Positions 17,649 through 25,991 of a stretch of DNA of 44,350 bases are shown here, in pieces (the stretch's first letter is position 1; each line of letters starts with the position of its first letter). A model generated the notes under the pieces. That model was not told where the DNA came from. It worked only from the letters and a program-made list of their open reading frames with translations, and searched no databases. This stretch comes from a virus, in the UHGV virus genome UHGV-0187309. One strand, written 5' to 3'. The position numbers and the translations under genes are program-made.

Positions 17649-20068
17649 ATTTTGTCAATATCCCAGATGTTCTGAAGCAGACCGCTTCTTTCTGTGTCTG
17701 GAAGCTGGAAAAGAGATCCGGCAGACCGACCAAAGTACCGTATAACCCTCGCACCGGTGCAATGGCGAGAACCAACGATCCGTCTACCTTTGCAGACTTC
17801 AATACAGCAATGAAATCCTATGCCATCGGCGGATGGGACGGTATCGGCTATCGTGTCAGCGAAGGCATCGGTGCAATCGACATCGACCACTGCATCCGTG
17901 AGGACGGCAGTCTCAATGATGTTGCAGCATCCATTCTCGGTATCTTCCCCGATGCGTACTTTGAGCGCAGCCCCTCTGGTACCGGCTTGCGCGGCTTTTT
18001 TCGCCTTTCTCCTGATTTCGCCTACGATAAGACTGTGTACTACATCAACAACCGAAAGCACGGTCTGGAGGTCTATCTTCCCGGTGTGACGAACCGCTTT
18101 GTGACTGTTACAGGAGATATGTTCCGCAATGGTGCAGTTACCCGAAATGACGGTTCCCTGCGCACACTACTTGATACCTTCATGAAGCGCAGCACCCGTG
18201 TATCTTCCAAGACTGTCGAGCCTGTGTCCTATCTCGATGATGACGGTGTTATCGCTCACGCATCGGCATCTGAATCCGGCGACAAGTTCAAAGCACTGTA
18301 TGCCGGTAACTGGGAGGAAGGCTACGATTCCCAGTCCGATGCAGATATGGCGCTTGTGTCTATCCTTGCATTCTGGTGCGGTAATGTCGAGGAGCAGATC
18401 GACCGTATCTTCCGAACTTCCGGTCTGATGCGTGATAAGTGGGATCGTATGACCGGAGACAGAACTTACGGACAGATCACGATCCGCAATGCTGTCGCTA
18501 CCAATTCCGCTGTCTATACACCGATTCAGGATTCTACGGCAGAAGATGACTTTGACGATATCGAGGGCGATGCGGAAAATGAGCAGCTTATGTTTGAGCC
18601 TGATCTCACCCATGTTTCCCTGACGCTGGAAGAAATGCAGCCGCACACGAATCCCCGCTATCAGCGTGACGAGATCGGCATCGGATATGCATTTGCGGAT
18701 TATTATAAGCCCATCGCTCGTTTTGACCGTGAGCGCGGCATCTGGTATGTCTTTGACGGGAAGGTGTGGCAGCCGGACGAGAATGCGCTTGCCGTGGCGG
18801 AGCTTGCAAAGCGTCTGGCAGACAGGCTGTATACCTTTGCCCTTCAGATCAAGGATGAGGACACACGCAACCGCTATATCAAGCGAGTGCAGAAGCTGCA
18901 AATGCGGAAGAACCGCCGCACCATGATCGAAGATGCGAAATCCGTGTATCCAGTGCCGCACGCTATCTTTGACCGCAATACCTACCTTTTCAACTGTCAG
19001 AACGGGACACTGAACCTCACCACAGGTGAATTCCGTCCGCACGATCCGGCAGACTTTCTCACCATGATGTCCGGTGTCACTTATGATCCGAACGCCACCT
19101 GTCCACGATGGGAGCAGTTCATTTCCGAAGTTATGTGTAATGATGCTGACCTCGCATTATACTTGCAAAAAGCCCTCGGATATGCGCTTACCGGCGACAC
19201 ATCACTGGAATGCCTGTTCATCCTCTACGGTGCAACATCCAGAAACGGCAAAGGCACCACAATGGAGACCTTTCTCAAAATCATGGGCGACTACGGCAAA
19301 ACCTCCAATCCGGAGATGCTGTCTACGAAATTCGGCAACACCAATGCTTCCGGACCGTCCGAAGAGATCGCCCGGCTTGCGGGTGTCCGTTTTGTCAATA
19401 TCTCCGAGCCGGAGAAGAAGATCACCTTCAATGCGGCACTGGTAAAGCGTATGACGGGTAATGATACACTGAATGCACGTTTCCTGCATGAGAATTCCTT
19501 CGACTTCCGACCGAATTTCAAGATCTTCATCAATACGAATTACAAACCGTCCGTTTCTGATATGACACTGTTTTACTCCAACCGTCTGAAGCTCATTCCG
19601 TTCAAACGCCATTTTGAGGAGCATGAGCAGGACAAAGGTCTGAAAGCATTTTTCAGTACGTATGTCTGCCTCTCTGCCATCTTCAACTGGTGCTATGAAG
19701 GATATAAGCGGTTCCGTTCCGAAGATCTGGAAGATCCGGCTGCTGTATCTCAAGCAACCAAGGAGTATCAGGAGGAGTCTGACCGTATCGGGCAGTTTGT
19801 GGATGCGTGGCTCGAAGAAGGCGAAGCATTTGAAGTCCGTACCTCTGCGGCATATAAGCTGTACGGTGAATGGTGCGATAAATATGGCTACCGCAAGGAA
19901 AACAGCACCAACTTCAATAACGCGATCCAGCGTTTCTTCCCCATCGTGCGTAAGCGCCCGAACGATACTAAGGGTGCGCAGAAAACAACGATGCTTGTGG
20001 GCTGTCGTTTTCTGGAGCATGAAAACGGCGAAGCTGACGAACCAGAGGAGTTTGCAGCTTTGGAGTAA
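17639..20068 (+). CDS. bifunctional prim-pol / D5_N / P4-type primase-helicase
   Basis: N-terminal prim-pol (FCVWKLEKRSGRPTKVPYNP...GAIDIDHC). C-terminal NTPase with Walker A YGATSRNGKGT. Starts 10 nt inside the MazF-like gene. Confidence 0.88.
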   Translation: MPVNFVNIPDVLKQTASFCVWKLEKRSGRPTKVPYNPRTGAMARTNDPSTFADFNTAMKSYAIGGWDGIGYRVSEGIGAIDIDHCIREDGSLNDVAASILGIFPDAYFERSPSGTGLRGFFRLSPDFAYDKTVYYINNRKHGLEVYLPGVTNRFVTVTGDMFRNGAVTRNDGSLRTLLDTFMKRSTRVSSKTVEPVSYLDDDGVIAHASASESGDKFKALYAGNWEEGYDSQSDADMALVSILAFWCGNVEEQIDRIFRTSGLMRDKWDRMTGDRTYGQITIRNAVATNSAVYTPIQDSTAEDDFDDIEGDAENEQLMFEPDLTHVSLTLEEMQPHTNPRYQRDEIGIGYAFADYYKPIARFDRERGIWYVFDGKVWQPDENALAVAELAKRLADRLYTFALQIKDEDTRNRYIKRVQKLQMRKNRRTMIEDAKSVYPVPHAIFDRNTYLFNCQNGTLNLTTGEFRPHDPADFLTMMSGVTYDPNATCPRWEQFISEVMCNDADLALYLQKALGYALTGDTSLECLFILYGATSRNGKGTTMETFLKIMGDYGKTSNPEMLSTKFGNTNASGPSEEIARLAGVRFVNISEPEKKITFNAALVKRMTGNDTLNARFLHENSFDFRPNFKIFINTNYKPSVSDMTLFYSNRLKLIPFKRHFEEHEQDKGLKAFFSTYVCLSAIFNWCYEGYKRFRSEDLEDPAAVSQATKEYQEESDRIGQFVDAWLEEGEAFEVRTSAAYKLYGEWCDKYGYRKENSTNFNNAIQRFFPIVRKRPNDTKGAQKTTMLVGCRFLEHENGEADEPEEFAALE

Positions 20069-20107
20069 AAGTAGACTTTTCTCCGTATTTACGCTGTTTT
20101 CCGCAGT

Positions 20108-20196
20108 TGGGGCAGCGTGGGGCAAGTTTTTTCGGTGGTTATTATTATTACTTCTCTTTATATATATTACTATTTTTACTTGCCCCTACTTGCCCC
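20108..20196. repeat. ori-like element: inverted pairs of TGGGGCA(AG) iterons flanking a 52-bp AT-rich core
   Basis: TGGGGCA 20108..20114 and TGGGGCAAG 20118..20126. CTTGCCCC 20179..20186 and 20189..20196. Core 20127..20178 is ttttttcggtggttattattattacttctctttatatatattactattttta. Confidence 0.35.
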
Positions 20197-20374
20197 AAAT
20201 AAATAAAAACAATAGAAAAGATAAGAAGAATAGAGGATTTTCACTGATTTGAACCATTACCCATTTTGCACTGTTTTGAACCTTGCCCGATGCTGTCACT
20301 GACAAAGAGTGTGTAAGCGACAAAGCGTGGCAAGGTCAAAATCCAATAAACAATCATACAGGAGGAACACGAAT

Positions 20375-21469
20375 ATGAGAATCATTACTTCAGAACAGGT
20401 ATCCGCAGGACATCCCGACAAGATCTGTGACCAAATCGCGGATGCCATCGTGACAGACTGCCTTCAGCATGACCGCAGCAGTCGTGTTGCGATAGAGTGT
20501 CTTTTCAAGAACCGCTGTCTTGTGATCGCCGGTGAGCTGACCAGTACCCATGAGCCGGACTACAAGGCTCTGGTGCAGCAGGTGTTCGACCGTATCAACA
20601 ACGGCGGAGCTGAGAACAGCGATGCGGGACTTGACTACAAGCTGGACTTCACCGCCGATGATCTGGACATTGCGATTCTGGTCGATCACCAGAGCAATGA
20701 CATTGCGCTCGGTGTGAATGTCGGCGGTGCAGGAGATCAGGGTATGATGTACGGCTATGCGACCAACGAAACGCCGGAGATGCTCCCGATCCCCTTCGTG
20801 CTGGCTACCAGATTTCTGGAACTGCTGAAAGCCTACCCCTGCCGTATGCTGAAAGCCGATGCAAAGGCACAGGTCAGCTATGACTATGACAGCGGTCGCA
20901 TTACCACCTTCCTCTGCTCGGTGCAGCATACACACGATGTGGATGTTGAGGACTTCAAGCCCATCATCGAAAAGCTGATGGTGAGAACGGCAACCGAATA
21001 CGGGCTGAATACAGACTTTGCAAAGCTCGTCAACCCGACCGGCAGATTTGTCATAGGCAGTTCCTTTGCGGACTGCGGCGTTACCGGACGCAAGCTCGCC
21101 TGCGATACCTATGGCGGTATCGGGCATATCGGCGGCGGTGCAATGTCCGGCAAAGATCCGTCTAAGGTTGACCGCAGCGGCGCATATGCAGCAAGAAAAA
21201 TCGCAAGGGATATCGTCAGCGCCGGATATTCAGACAAGGCAGAGGTGCAGATCGCATACGCCATCGGTGTGGCAGAGCCCGTATCCGTGTATGTAGAGAC
21301 TTTTGGCACGGAGCATCAGGATACGGAGTTCATCAACCAGTATGTTCGTGAGAATTATGACCTCACGCCGAGGGGAATCATCGAAGGGCTGCATCTGCTC
21401 GATGTGGACTATAACGCCATTTCCGCATACGGACACTTCGGAAAACAGAACCTTCCGTGGGAACTATAA
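20375..21469 (+). CDS. metK: S-adenosylmethionine synthetase
   Basis: Start at Met23 of the track ORF (AGGAGGA RBS). ITSEQVSAGHPDKICDQIADAI, GAGDQGMMYGYA, GGGAMSGKDPSKVDRSGAY. Confidence 0.92.
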   Translation: MRIITSEQVSAGHPDKICDQIADAIVTDCLQHDRSSRVAIECLFKNRCLVIAGELTSTHEPDYKALVQQVFDRINNGGAENSDAGLDYKLDFTADDLDIAILVDHQSNDIALGVNVGGAGDQGMMYGYATNETPEMLPIPFVLATRFLELLKAYPCRMLKADAKAQVSYDYDSGRITTFLCSVQHTHDVDVEDFKPIIEKLMVRTATEYGLNTDFAKLVNPTGRFVIGSSFADCGVTGRKLACDTYGGIGHIGGGAMSGKDPSKVDRSGAYAARKIARDIVSAGYSDKAEVQIAYAIGVAEPVSVYVETFGTEHQDTEFINQYVRENYDLTPRGIIEGLHLLDVDYNAISAYGHFGKQNLPWEL

Positions 21470-21495
21470 TAAATTTTTTGAAATTTTTTTTGATT

Positions 21496-21589
21496 GGATA
21501 CCCACAAAATGCCCTCTCCCACGACAGTATATGAGGGGCGTTGTTCAGACCGACCACAAACACACTACAAACCAAGCGGGACTGACCGC
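21496..21589 (+). promoter_or_regulatory. copy 2 of the two-copy structured element
   Basis: GGATACCCACAAAA, then CCTCTC-ccacgacagtatat-GAGGGG (U-A replaced by U.G), then CAAACC.AAGCGG and GCGG/CCGC (21576..21589). Confidence 0.6.
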
Positions 21590-21632
21590 CCCTATCACTA
21601 TGCAACACCACTGTGGAAAGGAGGCAGAGACA

Positions 21633-21992
21633 ATGCCAAGCAGACCAAAAACACCATGCAGACACCCCGGCTGTGCTGCGCTCGTACCTTATGGCACCAA
21701 GTATTGTGACAAGCACCGTTCTCTCCATCCGGAGGACACACGCTCCGCAGGCAGTCGAGGCTATGGCACCACATGGAACAAGACCCGCAAGCGTTACCTT
21801 GAGACGCATCCGCTGTGCGTGGAGTGCATGAAGCAAGGGCGCTATATCAAGGCGACCGATGTCGATCACATCATGCCGCACCGAGGAGACAATGTTCTCT
21901 TCTGGGATCAGAGCAACTGGCAGAGCCTCTGCCACCGACACCACAGCATCAAGACCCGAAATGAGGATCACACCCCCGAGTACAAGTACTAA
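21633..21992 (+). CDS. HNH endonuclease
   Basis: Start at the internal ATG with AAAGGAGG RBS. CRHPGC...YCDKH zinc motif. DVDHIMPHRGDNVLFWDQSNWQSLCHRHHSIKT. Confidence 0.85.
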   Translation: MPSRPKTPCRHPGCAALVPYGTKYCDKHRSLHPEDTRSAGSRGYGTTWNKTRKRYLETHPLCVECMKQGRYIKATDVDHIMPHRGDNVLFWDQSNWQSLCHRHHSIKTRNEDHTPEYKY

Positions 21993-22450
21993 ACGCAAGC
22001 CACACTCACTATCGTTGCAGTTCAGGCAGTCTCAGGGGTGTACCTATGGGCGGGGCTGGGGGCTGGGGTTGCCCGCCGGGGCGGGTTCACTTCTCTGTGT
22101 GAAAGCGAACACAAGACCGTCGGCCCCTCTCGTGTGAAAAAACGCGAATTTGCAAGGGCCCCGGTCATTTGGGACCCTGACAGAGATATATTAGCTGTAA
22201 ATGAAATACTGTGCAGAAAACAGAAAACGCAGATTTTTCGTGCTTTTCCATATGCTGCCGTAGGAAACTGCGGCGGCAGGATACATACAGAGTTTCGTTA
22301 CAAAATGCACTGTAAAACGGCGAATTTACGTCAAAAAGCGATAGAATTAGCACATTTTTAGCGCCAAACCGCATTTTACAGTTTTATTCTTGGCGGAGCC
22401 CGTGTGGATACCGAAAACCGCATAAAATCAGAAGTTTCGAGGTGAATCAG

Positions 22451-22756
22451 ATGACAGATTCTCAAAAATATCAAGTACGAATTATGCGGATGCAGGGCAT
22501 TGGATATAAGGCAATAGCAAGGTCGCTGGGCTTGAAAACCAATCAGGTGCAGCTCTTTTGCAAGGCTCACGGTCTTGCAGGAGACAATCATCTGGTCGAT
22601 GTCAACTATCAAATCTGGTGTCAGCAAAACAACCGCTGTCCGGTCTGCGGTGCAAAGGTCACCCAGCCGAGGACAGGACGGCGAAAACGCTTCTGTTCCG
22701 GACGGTGCAGAACAAGATATTATCGTGAAAAACTGGAGGAATCAAAATGCTTGTAA
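22451..22756 (+). CDS. small HTH (sigma-70 r4/resolvase-like) + C-terminal zinc-ribbon protein
   Basis: GAGGTG RBS. RIMRMQGIGYKAIARSLGLKTNQVQLFCKAHGL. CPVCGAKV...RFCSGRCRTRYY. Confidence 0.6.
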   Translation: MTDSQKYQVRIMRMQGIGYKAIARSLGLKTNQVQLFCKAHGLAGDNHLVDVNYQIWCQQNNRCPVCGAKVTQPRTGRRKRFCSGRCRTRYYREKLEESKCL

Positions 22757-22932
22757 CCGTTTTGTGCCTTACTTACATGATGATCATCATCCTGATCCAT
22801 GCGATCTGGATATCTTCGATCATCAAGCATGACGGGAAATGCCACTACAACGACTGCGGTCACTGTCCGTATGACGCCTGGTGTCCGATGCAGGAGGAAA
22901 AACATGACACTGACAGAGAACTTCATTCGTGA
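22747..22932 (+). CDS. small predicted membrane protein with Cys-rich tail
   Basis: GGAGGA RBS 6 nt upstream. Hydrophobic N-terminus LVTVLCLTYMMIIILIHAIWISSII, then CHYNDCGHCPYDAWC. Confidence 0.45.
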   Translation: MLVTVLCLTYMMIIILIHAIWISSIIKHDGKCHYNDCGHCPYDAWCPMQEEKHDTDRELHS

Positions 22933-23389
22933 TGCGATACAGCTTGACAGCGGTGCAGAGGTCATGTACGGCAGCGATCAGATCTATGACACCTACCCCT
23001 GCCGCTTTCCGACTGTCGAGTTCCAGCTCATGGCAACGGATGCACTTGCGGAGGTCGCAGACCGCATCCGAATGGAGAAAGGCTATCTCCCGATGCATCC
23101 GAGGGACGGGCGCACGGACGATGTTGACAATGACGGCTGGTACGACTTTTATATCGGGATTAGCAAGCTCCCCAGCGATCATAAGGAATGCAAACTTGAC
23201 AGCAGCATTAGTTTCGTGGTCGTCAATTCAGATTCCGATGACAACGAGGATATGTACAGCATTGACCTGACTGAAACAGAGCAGGCGTATGTGTATGAAA
23301 TACTGAACCGGCAATGCCGGAGATATCACGGGAAGGACTGTGCCACGCTTCTGGCAGAGTCTGAAAAGGAGCTGATGGATACAGCATGA
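22904..23389 (+). CDS. hypothetical protein
   Basis: AGGAGGA RBS before ATG 22904. The stop overlaps the nrdD start (ATGA). Confidence 0.6.
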   Translation: MTLTENFIRDAIQLDSGAEVMYGSDQIYDTYPCRFPTVEFQLMATDALAEVADRIRMEKGYLPMHPRDGRTDDVDNDGWYDFYIGISKLPSDHKECKLDSSISFVVVNSDSDDNEDMYSIDLTETEQAYVYEILNRQCRRYHGKDCATLLAESEKELMDTA

Positions 23390-25527
23390 GGATAATAAAA
23401 CGAAACGGCGCTGAGGTGCCGTATGACTGCGAAAAGATACGAGCCGCAATATCAGCGGCAAATGATGAAGTGCCGGAGAAGATATCAGATACAGTGATCG
23501 GATTCATTGTCGGGAATGTAGAAAAACGCTGTCATGCCCTTGCAAGACCTGTCCATGTCGAAGAAGTCCAGGACATGGTTCTTGATGAACTGGACAAGGC
23601 CGAGGCTTACAAACTTGCACGGCACTACAGTGAGTACCGCCTGTGGCATGAGCAGCAGCGCCGTATGAACACCACCGACGGCAAGATTCTCAGTCTGCTG
23701 GAACGCAACAACGAGGAGGCAAAGCAGGAGAACGCCAACAAGAACCCCATCATCAACAGCACGCTCCGTGACTATATGGCGGGAGAAGTCAGTCGGGATA
23801 TATGTCGGCGCTTCCTGTTTCCGGAGGATGTGATCGCCGCCCATGATGACGGCATCATTCATGTGCATGACCTCGACTACATCGCAGAGCCGATGCACAA
23901 TTGCTGTCTGGTGAATCTGGAGGATATGCTTCAAAACGGCACAGTGGTATCCGGTACTATGATTGAGAAGCCGCACAGCTTTTCGACTGCCTGCAATATC
24001 GCAACGCAGATCATTGCACAGGTGGCATCAAATCAGTACGGCGGACAGACGGTATCTCTGGCACATCTTGCGCCTTTCGTGGATATCAGCCGACAGAAAA
24101 TTCGTGCCGAGGTGTTCGAGGATGTGAACTGCGACTGCGGTGCAAAGCTGTCTGAAAAAGAACTGGACTACATCGTAGAAAAGCGCGTGCGACGGGAAGT
24201 CAAGCGAGGCGTACAAACGATCCAGTATCAGATCAACACGCTCCTGACAACCAACGGTCAGACACCGTTCGTGACGGTATTCATGTATCTGGACGAGGCA
24301 CCGGAGGGACAGACCAGAGATGACCTTGCACTCATTATCGAGGAAACGCTGCTTCAGCGTATCGAGGGCGTGAAAAACGAGAAGGGCGTGTGGATCACAC
24401 CGGCATTCCCGAAGCTGATCTATGTTCTCGATGAGGACAACATTCAGCCCGGTTCCAAGTATTACTACCTCACCGAGCTTGCGGCGAAGTGTACCGCAAA
24501 GCGTATGGTTCCCGACTATATTTCCGCAAAGGTGATGAAACGTCTGAAGGGTGATGTGTATGCCTGCATGGGCTGCCGGTCATTCCTGACACCTTCTGCC
24601 GACCACAAATACTACGGCAGATTCAATCAGGGAGTCGTCACGATCAACCTTGTGGATGTTGCGTGTAGCGCAGGCGGAGACGAAGATAAATTCTGGCAGC
24701 TTCTTGATGAACGCTGCGAACTGTGCCGCAAGGCTCTGATGTGCAGGCATGAACGTCTGAAAGGTACGCCGTCCGATGTTGCACCGATCCTCTGGCAGTA
24801 TGGCGCACTTGCGAGACTGAAGAACGGTGAGGTCATTGACAATTTGCTGTATAACAACTACAGCACGATCTCCCTCGGCTATGCCGGCATCGCGGAAATG
24901 ACCTACCGCATGACAGGCTGTTCGCATACAGAGTCGGAGGGAAAATCCTTCGCCATTTCAGTGATGCATTTTCTGAACGATAAGTGCAGCAAATGGAGAG
25001 CTGAAAGCAATATCTCGTTCTCGCTATACGGCACGCCGATGGAATCTGTGACCTACAAATTTGCAAAGTGTCTGCAAAGGCGGCATGGTATTATTCCGCA
25101 CGTCACGGACAGGAGCTACATTACCAACAGCTATCATGTCCATGTGACAGAGCCGATCGACGCCTTCAGCAAGTTGTCCTTTGAAGCGGAGTTTCAGGAG
25201 CTTTCTCCCGGCGGTGCGATTTCGTATGTAGAAGTGCCGAACCTTCAGAACAACATTCCTGCGGTTCTGGCACTCATGAAACACATTTACGAAACGATTT
25301 TATATGCTGAACTCAACACTAAGTCCGACTACTGTCAGGCTTGTGGCTATGACGGGGAGATGCAGATCGTGGAAGAGGACGGCAAGCTGATCTGGGAATG
25401 CCCGAACTGCGGCAACCGTGACCAGCGGACAATGAATGTCTGCCGCCGCACCTGCGGATATCTCGGAACGCAGTTCTGGAATCAAGGGCGCACACAGGAG
25501 ATCGCAGAAAGGGTGATGCACCTGTGA
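23386..25527 (+). CDS. nrdD: anaerobic ribonucleoside-triphosphate reductase
   Basis: N-terminal ATP-cone (IIKRNGAEVPYDCEKI). C-terminal Zn site CQACGY...CPNCGN. Glycyl-radical tail RRTCGYLG. Confidence 0.93.
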   Translation: MRIIKRNGAEVPYDCEKIRAAISAANDEVPEKISDTVIGFIVGNVEKRCHALARPVHVEEVQDMVLDELDKAEAYKLARHYSEYRLWHEQQRRMNTTDGKILSLLERNNEEAKQENANKNPIINSTLRDYMAGEVSRDICRRFLFPEDVIAAHDDGIIHVHDLDYIAEPMHNCCLVNLEDMLQNGTVVSGTMIEKPHSFSTACNIATQIIAQVASNQYGGQTVSLAHLAPFVDISRQKIRAEVFEDVNCDCGAKLSEKELDYIVEKRVRREVKRGVQTIQYQINTLLTTNGQTPFVTVFMYLDEAPEGQTRDDLALIIEETLLQRIEGVKNEKGVWITPAFPKLIYVLDEDNIQPGSKYYYLTELAAKCTAKRMVPDYISAKVMKRLKGDVYACMGCRSFLTPSADHKYYGRFNQGVVTINLVDVACSAGGDEDKFWQLLDERCELCRKALMCRHERLKGTPSDVAPILWQYGALARLKNGEVIDNLLYNNYSTISLGYAGIAEMTYRMTGCSHTESEGKSFAISVMHFLNDKCSKWRAESNISFSLYGTPMESVTYKFAKCLQRRHGIIPHVTDRSYITNSYHVHVTEPIDAFSKLSFEAEFQELSPGGAISYVEVPNLQNNIPAVLALMKHIYETILYAELNTKSDYCQACGYDGEMQIVEEDGKLIWECPNCGNRDQRTMNVCRRTCGYLGTQFWNQGRTQEIAERVMHL

Positions 25528-25991
25528 ATTACTGCGGTCTGAATAAAAACGATATTGCCAACGGTGAAGGTGTGCGTGTGTCGCTGTTCGTGTCCGGATG
25601 CCGGAATCACTGCATCGGCTGTCACAATCCCGAAGCATGGGATTTCGGCTACGGTCAGCCGTTTACCAAAGAAACCGAAAAAGAGATCATCGAAGCCCTG
25701 CGTCCTTCTTGGATACAGGGCATTTCTATACTCGGCGGTGAACCCTGCGAGGAGGAAAACGAGCGTGTTCTGATACCGTTTCTGAAACGGATAAAACTTG
25801 AGTCTCCGAATTCGGACACTTGGCTGTTCTCCGGATACACCTACGAAATGCTTCAGAATGATGAGATTCTCAAATACATTGATGTGCTTGTGGACGGGCC
25901 GTTCCTGATGGAACAGAAGAACATCTCCCTTGCATTCCGGGGCAGTCGGAATCAACGAATCCTCCGATTAAGAAATGGGGTGCGTGTATGA
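25524..25991 (+). CDS. nrdG: anaerobic RNR activating radical-SAM protein
   Basis: GTG start overlapping the nrdD stop. NDIANGEGVRVSLFVSGCRNHCIGCHN. Confidence 0.9.
   Translation: MNYCGLNKNDIANGEGVRVSLFVSGCRNHCIGCHNPEAWDFGYGQPFTKETEKEIIEALRPSWIQGISILGGEPCEEENERVLIPFLKRIKLESPNSDTWLFSGYTYEMLQNDEILKYIDVLVDGPFLMEQKNISLAFRGSRNQRILRLRNGVRV

Noticed and set aside
18167-20125. 291-aa and 307-aa minus-strand ORFs inside the primase-helicase gene
   Set aside because: Antisense shadows. The primase ORF is continuous, with prim-pol and Walker A motifs.
20197-20374. Possible SAM riboswitch (S-box) upstream of metK
   Set aside because: I see none of the conserved S-box core sequences I remember. There are only TTGAACCnT..CCC direct repeats (about 20247 and 20274), GACAAAG repeats and a CCTTGCC/GGCAAGG pairing. 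A covariance-model scan would settle this.
21633-21992. Interpreting this HNH as the terminase-associated HNH that assists cos cleavage
   Set aside because: Such HNH genes normally sit immediately next to terS/terL or at the genome end. Here it is about 18 kb upstream of terS in this map, so the association cannot be supported from this window, though a circular or other permutation cannot be excluded.
22038-22361. 107-aa + strand ORF in the gap after the HNH gene
   Set aside because: It starts inside the G-rich tract without an RBS. Its composition flips from GC-rich to AT-rich midway, and the translation has no recognisable features. Treated as non-coding.
22404-22420. GGATACCGAAAACC upstream of the 22451 gene, resembling the start of the two-copy element (GGATACCCACAAAA)
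   Set aside because: Only the first 7 nt and an A-run match. The conserved hairpin and loop are absent, so it is likely chance.
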